Shown here: positions 1 to 12,303 of the stretch, in pieces | Position numbering within the stretch: position 1 is the first letter of the stretch | How the letters are laid out: each line of letters opens with the position of its first letter | NCBI GenBank assembly: GCA_030324005.1 | Contig: JARDVH010000193.1 | Location: forward strand, 100,234,864 to 100,298,863 | Length of the DNA: 64,000 nt | Source of the DNA: Negaprion brevirostris | Taxonomy: Eukaryota | Direction of reading: 5' to 3' | Position numbers and translations under genes: made by a program | Notes under the pieces: generated by a model | Databases searched by the model: none | Seen by the model: the letters and a program-made list of their open reading frames with translations, nothing else | What the model was told of the DNA's origin: nothing

Positions 1-545
1 GAATTAAAATAGATTTGTCAAGCATGATTTCCCTTCTGCAACACCATGCTGATTTTGTCTGATTATATAACTGCCTTCCAACAATTGAGTTATGAAATCC
101 TTGACAACAGATTCTCTCAACTCCCCCAGTACCAATGTTAGACTCACTGGTCTATCGTTGCTTGTTTTCTCTCTACCTCCTTTTTTGAATAGTGGCCTTA
201 TTTTAGCTACCCTCCAATCTGTAGGAACCAGTCAGAGTCCAAAGAATTTTGGAAGATAACCATCAATGGAGCTACTACTTCCAGGGCAACTCCCTTAAGT
301 GCTCTGGTGTGAAGGGTATTAGGGCTTGGAGATTTATCCACCTTCAATCCTATGAATTTCGCCAAAACCATTTCTCGACTAATGCTGATTTCCTTCAGCT
401 CCTCATTAAAACATTTTTATCTCAGAACTTCTGGTACATTATTCATGTCTTCTTTTGTGAAGATTAAAGCAAAGTATGAATTTAATTCCTCAGCTATTCT
501 TTATTCCCCATTATGAATTCTCCCATTTCTGACTATAAGGGGCCT
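1..545 (-). mobile_element. CR1-clade LINE ORF2 (RT region) fragment
   Basis: Reverse complement of 11-55 reads aatcagcatggtgttgcagaagggaaatcatgcttgacaaatct, i.e. a frameshifted NQHG..KGKSCLTNL, the CR1 RT motif. Downstream on the + strand, the reverse complement gives 'PIFKKGG...PVSLT' motifs. Confidence 0.85.
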
Positions 546-1804
546 AAGTGTTGTTGCCAGAACCCCTAGCTAACAATCTTGGAAGAGACCAGCATGCTTG
601 TTTAATATCTAATAGATCTAATAGAGCAGTCTGGGAACAAAGGTTAACCCTTGAAATACCCAGTAACAAAAATGTAAAGTGTCTTTCCATTCAAGCCTTA
701 GCAGTACACAGCTTGCATTTTTTGATATTATGAATAAGATTGCCAAGACTATAAGTATGCAATGGGCTCATGGTGAGTCAGTTACCTATTTTACATTGCA
801 CCTGATTCTCGAGAATCTTTCCATTGACTTCCATCTTGTCCTTTTATCCACTTACAATTGTCCCATTCTATTTTAGTGTTCTTTGTGAGACTTCTGAGGT
901 ATTAAAATATTGTGATAAAATGGTGTTGCATAATATATTGAAAATATATTGTAGTGATAAGCAGCAGTCAAGAGACTTCAGACTTTCTGAAAAAGAAAAC
1001 ACAACTAGAATTGTGAACCATTTAGACTTTGTCCTCCAACCTCTTAAAAGTTGGTTTGCTCATAGACATATGAGGGCTCCAAAGCTTCTCACTGATACTG
1101 AAGACCTATGTAGGTCAATCATTCCACTTCGTTGCTTAGGAGTTATTTTATCTTTGTACCCTGTGAAAGTATTGATAAAATAGAATCCAACTGTACCACT
1201 TCTGTGAAATCATTTTATTGAATAATATCATACACACAGGCAAAAGAAACATTTCTTCAACTTTTACAGAGTAGCAAAGGTTTTGTGCAGTTTATCTGAG
1301 TTGCAAATATTGAATCTTTCCCTCAAATGTGAATTTATTGGCACCATATCCAAATGTGCAATGTGCAGTACATTTTAATGTGGGCTGAAGCTGTCATAGA
1401 AATCTATGTTATCTTCTGTGAAGTGTTGTAAATGATAAATGGGATATTTGCCTCTCAAGTTAACAATATTGCATAATGCTGCTAAAGTGAAATTTGTATT
1501 TTTTTGTTTGTTTAATAGTCACAGTCATGCCACCCATAGGGTTTACACAAATTAGCATTGCATTATACCATTGCTGCTTTTAACATTAATGACCCATCCT
1601 GCATTTATATAAGATTATATTTGTAAACAGATGCCAACAGTGTGCATCATCACCTTGCTTATGACTTGCTGTGATTGGTGAAACTCAAAAAGAGGAAACA
1701 TATATTATTAAGGGGGAGGGTTAAAATGGTGGCAGAGTCAGATATGGTGATGGTGCAGGAATTACAGGGTAGAAACAGGAGAAGCACTAAGGTACCTGGT
1801 TTGT

Positions 1805-2410
1805 CTCACTGGCCCTGTTCTCATCTATTCTATCAAACTCTTTGAGAATTATATACATTTCAAATAAGATTGCCTCTTATTCTCCTGAGAAGAGGCTCTT
1901 CCTGCTCAGAAAGGACAGTAGGACTAGGGGGCACAGCCTCAAGATAAAGGGGGGACGGTTTAGAACGNNNNNNNNNNNNNNNNNNNNNNNNNNNNNNNNN
2001 NNNNNNNNNNNNNNNNNNNNNNNNNNNNNNNNNNNNNNNNNNNNNNNNNNNNNNNNNNNNNNNNNNNGAATGGCGGGGCAGGCTCGAAGGGCTGGATGGC
2101 CTACTCCTGCTCCTATTTCTTATGTTCTTATGTTCTTAATATAAACCCATTCTACTCTATCTCTCCTCAAAGGACAACCATGAAGAATTCTGAGGAATGA
2201 ATAAAGTGAACTTTTGCTGCACTCTCAAAAGCAAGCATTTCTATCTTTAGGTAAAGGAGACTGAAAGTATAGAAACACTCCAGGCGTGGTTTCAGCAGAA
2301 GCATCTAAATGTGGCAAGGCTTCCTTATTCAGACATTCTAACCCCTTTGAAGTAAAGGCTTACAAACCATTTGATTACTTGGTGTACCTGCATGTTAACT
2401 TCCTGTGATT
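1805..2410 (-). mobile_element. Old CR1 fragment interrupted by a younger CR1 3' end
   Basis: Degenerate antisense CR1 sequence flanks the insertion on both sides (ttgagaattatatacatttcaaataagattgcctct; gtgaacttttgctgcactctc). Confidence 0.5.
1890..2139 (+). mobile_element. CR1 LINE 3' end (contains 100-N gap)
   Basis: Encodes RTRGHSLKIKGGRFRT (CR1 ORF2 C-terminus). Has 3'UTR ggctcgaagggctggatggcctactcctgctcct and a (TATGTTCT)n tail. Confidence 0.9.
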
Positions 2411-3064
2411 CAGAGACTAAGCATTGACTGACACCTGAAAATGTTCATGTGATGGGAAAAACAGTAGCAACAAGTACATTATTAAATACAAGCCAGTGCC
2501 AGGTCGAGAATGAAGAACAATGATGACGCATGCCTCATTCTATTATTGCTGCTGATTAGTTTTTCTATTATTTATGGTTATTGAGCCTACCATACCCTGT
2601 TGCAGGATGTGTTGGCAGGAAATTTGCCAATTAATTTGCATGTTGCCCCCACCAGCCTTCCTCCACGCACTGGCAGATTGAAACATTGCTAAAGGTTGAT
2701 ACATTATTATTGTTGGCTTCCTAACAGAAACTCATATTATTAAATCAGATTGGCAAATCATCCAGCTTCATGTCAAACTAACCGAATAGAGTGCAATGTA
2801 CAGGCAAGGCTGGAATAAAGCTGCTTGTGAGACTGATCAAACATTTAGCAGTATAATTGTTAAAAGACCTATTTACTGGTTTAAAAACTGCAAAAAGATT
2901 TTGTAATTTGTGACTGCAGAATGACTTGCTCAGAAAAGAGCAATAATAAAACTACTTTCTCATGTATCCCTTTTGTACCCAAGCCCGTTTGCGTGACTAT
3001 TACTATTCTGTGTGTTTATTTCAAGGAAGCCTCAAAAAATGTTAGTTTTCCATTAGAAGATGAT

Positions 3065-3091
3065 GGGGGGGGGGGGGGGGGGGGGGGGGGG
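3065..3091 (+). repeat. G27 homopolymer
   Basis: 27 consecutive G, directly visible. Confidence 0.95.
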
Positions 3092-3784
3092 TTGCAATGT
3101 AAAAATTTTCAATCTAGAGCTAACGAGCTTCAAAATTGCCTGTTCCAGTTTTGGTGGTTGGAGGCACCTGATCTGAGTCGGGTTCTGACATGACCAGTGA
3201 TTAAAACATAGTGGAGAGAGAGATAGTGGTCAGGGAGGGAGCTGGTTCCTGGGGAGTGGAGGGTGGAGGAGATGATGGTGTTCAATACAGGTGACTGCGA
3301 AAAAAGAGGTCCACTCATGCTGAAGATTGAGAAGGTGGTTAGGGTGAAGGGAGTAGATCACATCATGGAGGAATGTGGGTGATGGTTATCAGGGCAAATG
3401 TAATCAAGGGGGCTGAGGGGAGGTGGTGAAAGGAGTGGGTATGGGTGCTTATCTTATCGTCTTATTACAGGTTGGGTAGGATGGTAGTCAGCACGGGTTC
3501 TGATCATGGGAGTGTTGGTAGTCAGGGGTATCTGATTCTAGGGGAAGCAGCAGAATTGCAGGGTAGGTGGGCATTAGATGGGTAGCCTGCTGAATCATGG
3601 GGCAATCTTCTTGGGGGGCGGGGGGGGGGGGGGNNNNNNNNNNNNNNNNNNNNNNNNNNNNNNNNNNNNNNNNNNNNNNNNNNNNNNNNNNNNNNNNNNN
3701 NNNNNNNNNNNNNNNNNNNNNNNNNNAGAATATCTTCTAAAATAAAGTCTCCCCTCCCCCTTGAAAAGTTTCAATGACTAATCT

Positions 3785-5250
3785 TTTTTTTTATTCATGG
3801 AATGTGAGCAAGGATTTAGTGCCCATTCCTAATTGCCTTTGAAAAGGTGGCAGTGATTGGCCTTCTGATGCCATTGCAGCCAATCTGATACAGGTACATC
3901 CACAATCCTTTAAGGCTGGGAGGCCTAGGATCTTGATTAGCAGCAGTGCAGAGACAAAGATATAGTTTGAAAAGGGGTGGCATGCAGCCCGGAGGGGAAT
4001 TTGCAGATGATCGTGTTCCCATACATCTACTGTCCTTGTACTTGTACATGGTAGAGTTTGTGGGCCTGAAGGGTATTTTTGAAGACATCTCAGTGGGTTG
4101 CTGCAGGGCTTCTTGTGGATGGCTTCAACCATTGAGGCAAATGGGGATTATTCCACTGCTCTCCTGATTTTGTTGTTGGCATGCAGGCTTTGGGGAGAAT
4201 GAGGTGAGATATTTGTCATAGGATTCCCAGCCTGTTCTTATAGCCACAGCATTGATGTAGAGTCATAGAGATTTTCAGCATAGAAACAGATCTTCGGCCC
4301 AACTTGTCCATACCACCCTTTTTTTGAAACAACTAAGCTAGTCCCAATTGCTCCCATTTGGCCCATATCTCTTGATAGCCATCTTACTCATGTAACTGTC
4401 GAAACACTCTTTAAAAGACAAAATTGTATCCGCCTCTACTATTCCTTATGGCAGCTTGTTCCACACACTCACCACCCTCTGTGTGAAAAAAATTGCCCCT
4501 CTGCACCATTTTGCATCTCTCCCCTGTCGACTTAAACCTATGCCCTCTAGTTTTAGAATCCCTTACCTTTGGGAAAAGATATTGACTATTTAACTGATCT
4601 ATGCCCCTCATTATTTTACAGACCTCTATAAAATCACCCCTCAGCCTTCTACACTCCAGAGAAAAATAGTCCCAGTCTATCCAGCCTCTCCTTATAATTC
4701 AAATCATCAAGTCTCATTAGCTTCTTAGTAATTTTTTTCTGCATTCTTTCTGGTTTAATAATATCCTTTCAATAATAGGGTGACCAGAACAGTACACAGT
4801 ATTAATGTCTTGTACAACATCAACAAGACATCTCAACTCCTGTATTCAGTGTCTTGACCAATGAAATCAAGCACGCTGAATACCTCCTTCACCACACTCT
4901 GTCCACCTGTGACTCCACTTTCAATGAGCTATGTACATGCACTCCTAGATCTCTTTGTTCTATAACTCTCCCCAACTCCCTACCATTAACTGAGTAAGCC
5001 CTGCCCTGGTTTGATCTACCAAAATGTATCACCTCGCATATATCTAAATTAAACTGCATCTGCCATATGCCTAGCCCAATTAAGTTTCTCGTCAATGCCA
5101 AGCCCCAAAATGTAGATGGTAGTGGATTCAGCTATGTTAATGCCAATGAAGATCAAGGAGAAATGGTCAGATTCTTTTTTGTTACAAACATCATTACCTG
5201 GCACTTGTGTAGCCTGAAGGATACTTGTCAATTAAAAGCAGAAGCCAGAA
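3785..5250 (-). mobile_element. Non-CR1 LINE 3' portion ('family B'), split by a CR1 insertion at 4261-5066
   Basis: Antisense tail ggcaattaggaatgggcactaaat...cacattccatgaataa-polyA. The piece at 5067-5250 encodes an RT thumb-like stretch, ESTTIYILGLGIDEKLNW. Clade not assignable by eye. Confidence 0.7.
4261..5066 (-). mobile_element. CR1/HER1-like LINE 3' end
   Basis: ORFs WQMQFNLDICEVIHFGRSN...QRDLGVHVHSSLKV and KTRGHRFK. Tail is ctctatgact on the minus strand. Confidence 0.92.
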
Positions 5251-5714
5251 TATTTTGCAGCTGCAAGTGGGCATAATCTAGCTTGTTAGGGTTGGGTCTG
5301 AAAACCATATAATCAGGAGCAAACATGTGCAATCATCAGAAAACTATAAGTTGATAAGTCTTCTGCCCATCAATCCTGCCACTATTAAAAATAGAAATGG
5401 ACAAAATTGAAGTAGAAGGACTCTTGCTTCAGATTTCTAATTTTTTAATTCCTATTCAAGTCAACTCTAGCCATTTTGGGGGAGTTACTTTTCTGTAATG
5501 TCCTAACTATATTTGGGGTTGTTGGTTTTAATAGAAAGAACAAAAAAATGTGGTTTGCACACATAAATTCAAACAATACACAACAGGTTTTATTGAAGGA
5601 ATGCTCTCTCTGCACTACAGAATACAAATAAAACAGCATGCTGAGCACACACCATAATGACATCAAATCAAGGAGCTCTTAAAGCAACCTGAGCCTGTTT
5701 TAAAGAGACAAGCC

Positions 5715-5926
5715 ACTCACCATCCTAACTTTGATATGTCTCTTCTCAGTTGCTGGGTCAACCTCTTGGAATTCCCTCCCTAACAACTTTGTGGGTCAAC
5801 CCATAGCACACAGACTGCAGCAATTCAAGAAGGTGACTCAGCATCATTTTCTAAAGGCCAACTAGGGATAGGTAATAATTGCTGCACAGTCAGCAATGCC
5901 CATGTCCCATGAATGATTAAAAAAAG
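5715..5926 (+). mobile_element. LINE family B 3' end
   Basis: gctgggtcaacctcttggaattccctccctaacaac...actagggataggtaataattgctg...cccatgtcccatgaatgattaaaaaaa; same tail as the 3785 copy. Confidence 0.7.
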
Positions 5927-7099
5927 CCTACATCAATGGGGTTTCCCTGTGTCATGCCTGAGAATGTCACAGACCAATAGTTAGAGATTGATTTCTGTAA
6001 TTAGACCATAACTTATCCTATCATGCAATGGCCAGTACGGTAGAAGTCAAACTATCTGGTCTTTGATCTTTACTCATGTGGTAATTTTTATTTGTTGCCA
6101 TGCTCTCCTCATTGAATTGATGGCATGAGAGGGTCATGTGTTGGACATGAGAATGTTGTACTGTGTGCCTGCTATAATTTCCTACTTTGGACACTGAAGA
6201 TTTGTATTATGCCTTTTGCTTGTGAATTTCCTTTGCACAAGGCAAGCTCAAAGTTAATTTATTTCTCTAAAAATTGAATAAATGATTCGCCAGCCATAAC
6301 ATGCTCCTGCATTGCTTAAGCAACATTGCATGCCTTCAGTATCCAAAAAAAAACTTTGAATAGAGAATTAGAGGAGAAGAGGTGTAAAATAGCATTGCTA
6401 ACTTCTGTCCTGATATCCTGCTTTAAACCCATTTGTAGTATTATACTGGAAGCACTAATTTCCACAATCTACCATTAGATTATCGTTTCTTACGTTTTTC
6501 TGCAATTACTAACCAGAAAAGGCCTTTTGAAAATCTGTGTTTCAAAAATTTTCAAAGCTCAGAATTCTTTCACAGAAACGTTAGTTTTATATATATAAAC
6601 AATTTCCAGTCAATCGTGATGAAAGTGTATCTGAAGGCTATCTATCTTTGCACTTCAGAGACTGGTGGAAACATTGCTCTGACGATTATGAGCAAACCAT
6701 TACATCCTTACAAATCCCCAAGAAATTACTTGTTGCATTGTGCTTAAATGTGCAGAAGCTGGATCGATGCCAAGAGAGTAATATAACAATTTAAGGCAAT
6801 CTCTCAGTGTAAGGAGTAGGTCTTTGGCACAGGGGACCTACATTATTTACAGGGGTTTGTATCAAAATGGATGCACAAATAAGAACAGGATAGGCAAAAC
6901 TATTGACGTTTTATTTTCAGAGTGCAGGATTCGCTCTATGCTCGATGCTGTGTAAAGTTTGCAGTTTCAAAGTTGTAAGCTGCTGGTAAATGATCAATTT
7001 TAACAAGTACAGAGCTATAATGAAATCTGTTGAATTCCATGTTTTATTTTAGAATGAATTGCGATGGACGAAAATGGATTAAATGTTCAATTTCTATTC

Positions 7100-10000
7100 T
7101 TTTGTCACTCATAATTTTGTACACATCAATTAGATTACCCCTCGCCCTCCTCTGTTCGAAAGAAAGTGTTGTGTTCTAAAGAAAATAATCCAACCCACCC
7201 AATCTCTCCTCATAGCTGCAATTTTTAAGGCCTGGAAATATTCTTGTAAATCTCCACTGCACCCACTGCAGAGAAATGTTGTCCTTTCTGTAATGTGGTG
7301 ACCAGAACTGTATGCAGAATTCTAGTGTGGCCTAACAGCATCCATAGGATTCCTGCTGTGCAGAAGGAGGCATTTTGGCACAACGAGTCTGTACTGACTC
7401 TCCGAAAGAGCACTCCTCCCAGGCCCTATCCCCATAGCCCCAAGTATTCACCCCAGGAATCCATCTAATCTACGTATCTTGGGACACTAAGTGACAATTT
7501 AACATGGAACATAGAACATTACAGTGCAGAACAGGCCCTTCGGCCCACGATGTTGCGCCGACCAATTAAAAAGCAATGACCCTNNNNNNNNNNNNNNNNN
7601 NNNNNNNNNNNNNNNNNNNNNNNNNNNNNNNNNNNNNNNNNNNNNNNNNNNNNNNNNNNNNNNNNNNNNNNNNNNNNNNNNNNTCATCAAACTTCCTCTC
7701 TGACACTGTGATACAATCCTTGACTAATAGTGCTACCCCTCCCCGCCTTTTACCTCCTTCTCATTAACATGACTAATCCATCTAACCCGAATATCTTTGG
7801 ACCATGGCAGGAAACCAGAACACCCGGAGGAAACCCACACAGACACAGGGAAAATGTGTAAACTCCACACTGCCACCCAAGGCCAAAGTTGAAACCCTGG
7901 TGCTGTGACGCATCAGTGCTAACCACTGTGCCACCATGCTGCTGATAAATGCATACAGTTCCAACATTACATCCCTGCTTTTGTATTCAATACTTCGCCC
8001 AATAAAGAAAAGCATTCCCTTTGCTTTGTTTATTGACTTGCCCATCTGTCCTCCATCTTCAAGGACCTGTGGAAATGTACTTCAAGGTCTCTCACTTCCT
8101 CAATTCCTCTCAGTATCTTCCCATTTATTCCGTATTTTCTTGCTTTGTTTAACCTTCCCAGGTGCATCATCTCACACTTTTCTGGATTGAATTCAAGTTG
8201 TACTTCTCTGCTCATTCAACCAAAACATTGATATTATTCTGGAGTCGACAGCTAGCCTTTTCATTATCAGCTACAGGGCCAAGTTTTGTGTCATTTGCAG
8301 ATTTCTTATTTAAGCCTTCCACTTCTAAATTTGAATCATTAATTATATACAACAAACTACAAGGGCCCAAGACTGAGCCCCATGGAACACCAATGGACAC
8401 TATTTTCCATTCACAAGACATCCATTGACCATTACCCGTTGTTTTCTGTCACTGAGCCAATTTTGGATCCAACCTGACACATTCCTCTGAGAACTCACTC
8501 TTCCAGCCAGTCTTCCTTGTCGGACCTTGGAAAATACCTTACTGAAATCCATGTAGACCACATCCAATACACTACCTCATCAATCCTCTTTGTTACTTCC
8601 TCAAAAAGTTCTATTACAGTAGTAAGACATGATCTTCCTCTAACAAAATCACGTTGACTATCCTAACTATACCTTTCAAAGTGAGCAGCTTATTTTGTTT
8701 CTCAGAACCTTTTCCAATAATTTCTCTACACTGAAGTCAGTCTGATCAGCCTATAATATTCTGGCCTATCCCTCACACTCTTTTTAAATAATAGTACAAT
8801 ATTTGCAGACCTCCAATCCTCTGGGATATGATGTGTACCTAACAAGGATTGGAAAATGATCATCAGAGCATCCACTACTTCCTCACTGGCTCCTTCAAGC
8901 AGGCTGAGATACAATCCATCCAGCCCTGGTGATTAGCCCAACTTCAAGGATGCTAGTCCTCTATTGCTTCCTCTCTCACTATGCTTAGTGTGGCAATATT
9001 GAACTAGAATATCTGCATTATCCCCCTCCTTCGTGAAGATAGACAAAATACTCATTGAGAAACCTGCCCACAACTTCTGAATCAGCCCACAAGTTAAAAG
9101 GTACATCTCTGATAGACACTACCTTTTCCTTTGTTGTTCTCTTGCTCTTAATGTATTGGTAAAATATCTTAGGATTCACCTTAGGATTTTCTTTGATTTT
9201 ACCTGCCAACATTTTATATTTCCTCTCTTTTCTTTCCTAACTTCCATTTTACTTTATCCCTGCACTTTCTAAACTCCTCTCGACTTTCTATAATATTAAG
9301 TCTTTACATTAATATATAGTATATTATGTATTAACATAATATATAAGATAATATTTATTTAGCTTTCTTTTTCTACATTACCATGACCTGTATGCATCTG
9401 GATAATCAGGGGGTCTAGATTTGGCAGTTCTTGCCATTTTCTATGCGGGGACATATCCACACTGTGTCCATAGAATTGCGTTTTTGAATGTCTCCCACTC
9501 ATTTGGTACAATGTTTCCTTCAAATAGCTGTATCCAGTACACTCTTTCCAGCGTATCTCTCAGCTTTGTAAAATTGATACTTTCCCAATTTACAACTTTT
9601 GCTCCTGTTTTATCTTTATTCTTTTCCATAATTATGCTAAATCTAATTACATTATGACTACTATCTCCAAAATGGTGCTCCACTGATCTTTCACCCACTT
9701 ACACAGCTTCATTCTTTATGACTGTGGGTGGAATTATCTGATCTGTCTGTACCCATCCCACTGCCAGCGGAAATGGAGAATTTGGAACTCAGCTCCAATC
9801 ATTGAAACAGCATTGAGAAATCCCAGCCGTTTTTTTGAGGTTGGAGGCTTTTGGTGTAAATCTAGAATTGTATCCCCTCTCATTGGGCTTCTTACATGTT
9901 GATGAAAAAATTTCTCTTGAATACAGTTCAAGAACTTTGTGCCCTTTACACTGATCGTATCCCAGTAGATATTCGGTTAGATAAGTCCCCAGTGATTAAT

Positions 10001-10152
10001 GCTCCTATTGTTTCTGGACTTAAAAATCTGTCTTTTTATTTGCTGTTCGACTTCCACTATTTTGGGATCTATAGTACACTTTTAGCAGTGTGGGCACTTT
10101 TTATTTTTCTGAGTTCATTGAGATTTTATTTGGTATATCATTTCTCCTCACA
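7100..10152 (-). mobile_element. Long decayed CR1 LINE ORF2 (endonuclease-RT) with nested insertions
   Basis: ORFs IPEDWRSANIVLLFKK...YYRLIRLTSV, SIGVPWGSVLGP..LYIIND..KSANDTKLG, QLEFNPEKCEMMHLG and EHHFGDSSHNVIRF are all CR1 ORF2 motifs, with many stops. Confidence 0.9.
7342..7937 (-). mobile_element. HE1-type V-SINE (CR1-like tail), interrupted by a CR1 3' end at 7503-7583 and a gap
   Basis: Antisense tRNA-like head ggtggcacagtggttagcactg and V-domain gtggagtttacacattttccctgtgtctgtgtgggtttcctccgggtg. Confidence 0.85.
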
Positions 10153-11144
10153 NNNNNNNNNNNNNNNNNNNNNNNNNNNNNNNNNNNNNNNNNNNNNNNN
10201 NNNNNNNNNNNNNNNNNNNNNNNNNNNNNNNNNNNNNNNNNNNNNNNNNNNNNNNNNNNNNNNNNNNNNNNNNNNNNNNNNNNNNNNNNNNNNNNNNNNN
10301 NNNNNNNNNNNNNNNNNNNNNNNNNNNNNNNNNNNNNNNNNNNNNNNNNNNNNNNNNNNNNNNNNNNNNNNNNNNNNNNNNNNNNNNNNNNNNNNNNNNN
10401 NNNNNNNNNNNNNNNNNNNNNNNNNNNNNNNNNNNNNNNNNNNNNNNNNNNNNNNNNNNNNNNNNNNNNNNNNNNNNNNNNNNNNNNNNNNNNNNNNNNN
10501 NNNNNNNNNNNNNNNNNNNNNNNNNNNNNNNNNNNNNNNNNNNNNNNNNNNNNNNNNNNNNNNNNNNNNNNNNNNNNNNNNNNNNNNNNNNNNNNNNNNN
10601 NNNNNNNNNNNNNNNNNNNNNNNNNNNNNNNNNNNNNNNNNNNNNNNNNNNNNNNNNNNNNNNNNNNNNNNNNNNNNNNNNNNNNNNNNNNNNNNNNNNN
10701 NNNNNNNNNNNNNNNNNNNNNNNNNNNNNNNNNNNNNNNNNNNNNNNNNNNNNNNNNNNNNNNNNNNNNNNNNNNNNNNNNNNNNNNNNNNNNNNNNNNN
10801 NNNNNNNNNNNNNNNNNNNNNNNNNNNNNNNNNNNNNNNNNNNNNNNNNNNNNNNNNNNNNNNNNNNNNNNNNNNNNNNNNNNNNNNNNNNNNNNNNNNN
10901 NNNNNNNNNNNNNNNNNNNNNNNNNNNNNNNNNNNNNNNNNNNNNNNNNNNNNNNNNNNNNNNNNNNNNNNNNNNNNNNNNNNNNNNNNNNNNNNNNNNN
11001 NNNNNNNNNNNNNNNNNNNNNNNNNNNNNNNNNNNNNNNNNNNNNNNNNNNNNNNNNNNNNNNNNNNNNNNNNNNNNNNNNNNNNNNNNNNNNNNNNNNN
11101 NNNNNNNNNNNNNNNNNNNNNNNNNNNNNNNNNNNNNNNNNNNN

Positions 11145-11310
11145 CAGATCAGCACATGTGCAGTGGCCCGCTCAGTGTTTATGCCCCTCCATCAGGAATA
11201 GGCCCCATCCACTGAATTCTGGAGTGAATCACAAAGTGTGAGATTCTTTGTAAAACTCCCACTGAAAGAACCAGTGCTATTTACTCCAGTTTTTATGCAA
11301 ATTCAACACT
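11145..11310 (-). mobile_element. Terminal part of GC-rich Harbinger-type non-autonomous element
   Basis: Reverse complement matches 35040-35225 (gcataaaactggagtaaat; cactgag.gggccactgcacatgtgctg). Confidence 0.7.
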
Positions 11311-11324
11311 TTGAATTTTTGCCT

Positions 11325-11825
11325 CTCTTTAAGACAAGTTTCTGTTATAGTGATGATATTATAGCGCCATGTGTCTATCTGTGTTCTCAACTCATTGGTT
11401 TTATCTACTACGCTCTTTGTATTTGCATGTATACCTTTTAACATTGCCAAATCCCTGTGATGTACAATTTTTAATCTGTGCTGCTTTTGCCTTTCAGAGT
11501 CACTCATTAATACTCACATCTCACATACCATGTTCTGAATCCGCTCTCAGTATTCCACATCCCTGCCAATGTAGGGATGTGGAACTTGCCCCCAACCCCA
11601 GTAGAAAAAATACTAGCAAATTTTTCTGTGAGGATTTTTGTCCTAATCTTGTTCTGGTGTAGACCATCCAATTTGCACAGGTTCCACCCTCCCCAAAACC
11701 AATCACAATGTCTAAGAAATCTGATGCCTTCCTTCCTACATCAACTTTCCAGTTATATGTTTAATTACTCAATTCCCCTATTTCTATACTCACTTGCACA
11801 TGGGGCTGGAAGTAATCCTGAGTCT
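11325..11825 (-). mobile_element. CR1 ORF1 end / ORF2 start (APE endonuclease N-terminus)
   Basis: LKGIHANTKSVVDKTNELRTQIDTWRYNIITITETCL resembles the CR1 'NARS...ELRAQI...DIIAITETWL' motif. Confidence 0.85.
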
Positions 11826-11864
11826 AGGCATAAATTGACTATTGTGTTTCCTTCCATTGCAATA

Positions 11865-11970
11865 TGATCACACTTCTTACATATTTTATTGGCTGTGAAG
11901 TGCTTTCCTAAGTCCTACAGTCATGACAGATGCCATACATCTGTACAAAGATGCACATTTCTTTCTTTTT
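11865..11970 (+). mobile_element. Deu-SINE/L2-type 3' tail remnant
   Basis: cacttc...attggctgtgaagtgcttt...gtcatgacagatgccat...atgcacatttcttt resembles the SacSINE1/AmnSINE1-type tail as I recall it. Confidence 0.45.
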
Positions 11971-12058
11971 CATTGCAGAGCAAATGCATCTTGAGCAAAG
12001 CAAATACTAATTCAAGTGTGCTAGATAGATCATTGCTCTCAGCAAAATTGTCTAATTT

Positions 12059-12303
12059 CATAGATCATAGAACCCTACAGTGCAGAAAGAGGCCCTTTGG
12101 CCCATCGAGTCTGCACCGAACACAATGTCACCCAGGCCCTACCCCCATATCCTTACATATTATACCCACTAATCCCTCTAACCTACACATCCCTGGACAC
12201 TAAGGGGCAATTTCTTAGCATGGCCAATCAACCTAACCTGCACATCTTTGGACTGTGGGAGGAAACCGGAGTACCCAGAGGAAACCCATGCAGACACGAG
12301 GAG
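12059..12303 (-). mobile_element. HE1-type SINE, 5'-truncated, CR1-like tail
   Basis: V-domain ggtttcctcccacagtccaaagatgtgcaggttagg and tail cactgtagggttctatg on the minus strand. Confidence 0.88.

Noticed and set aside
9290-9360. AT-rich quasi-palindromic tract inside CR1
   Set aside because: Low-complexity slippage product.
9896-11241. Long ORFs of 335-439 aa (also 26318-27100, 39792-40479)
   Set aside because: They are read-through of N gaps, not coding sequence.
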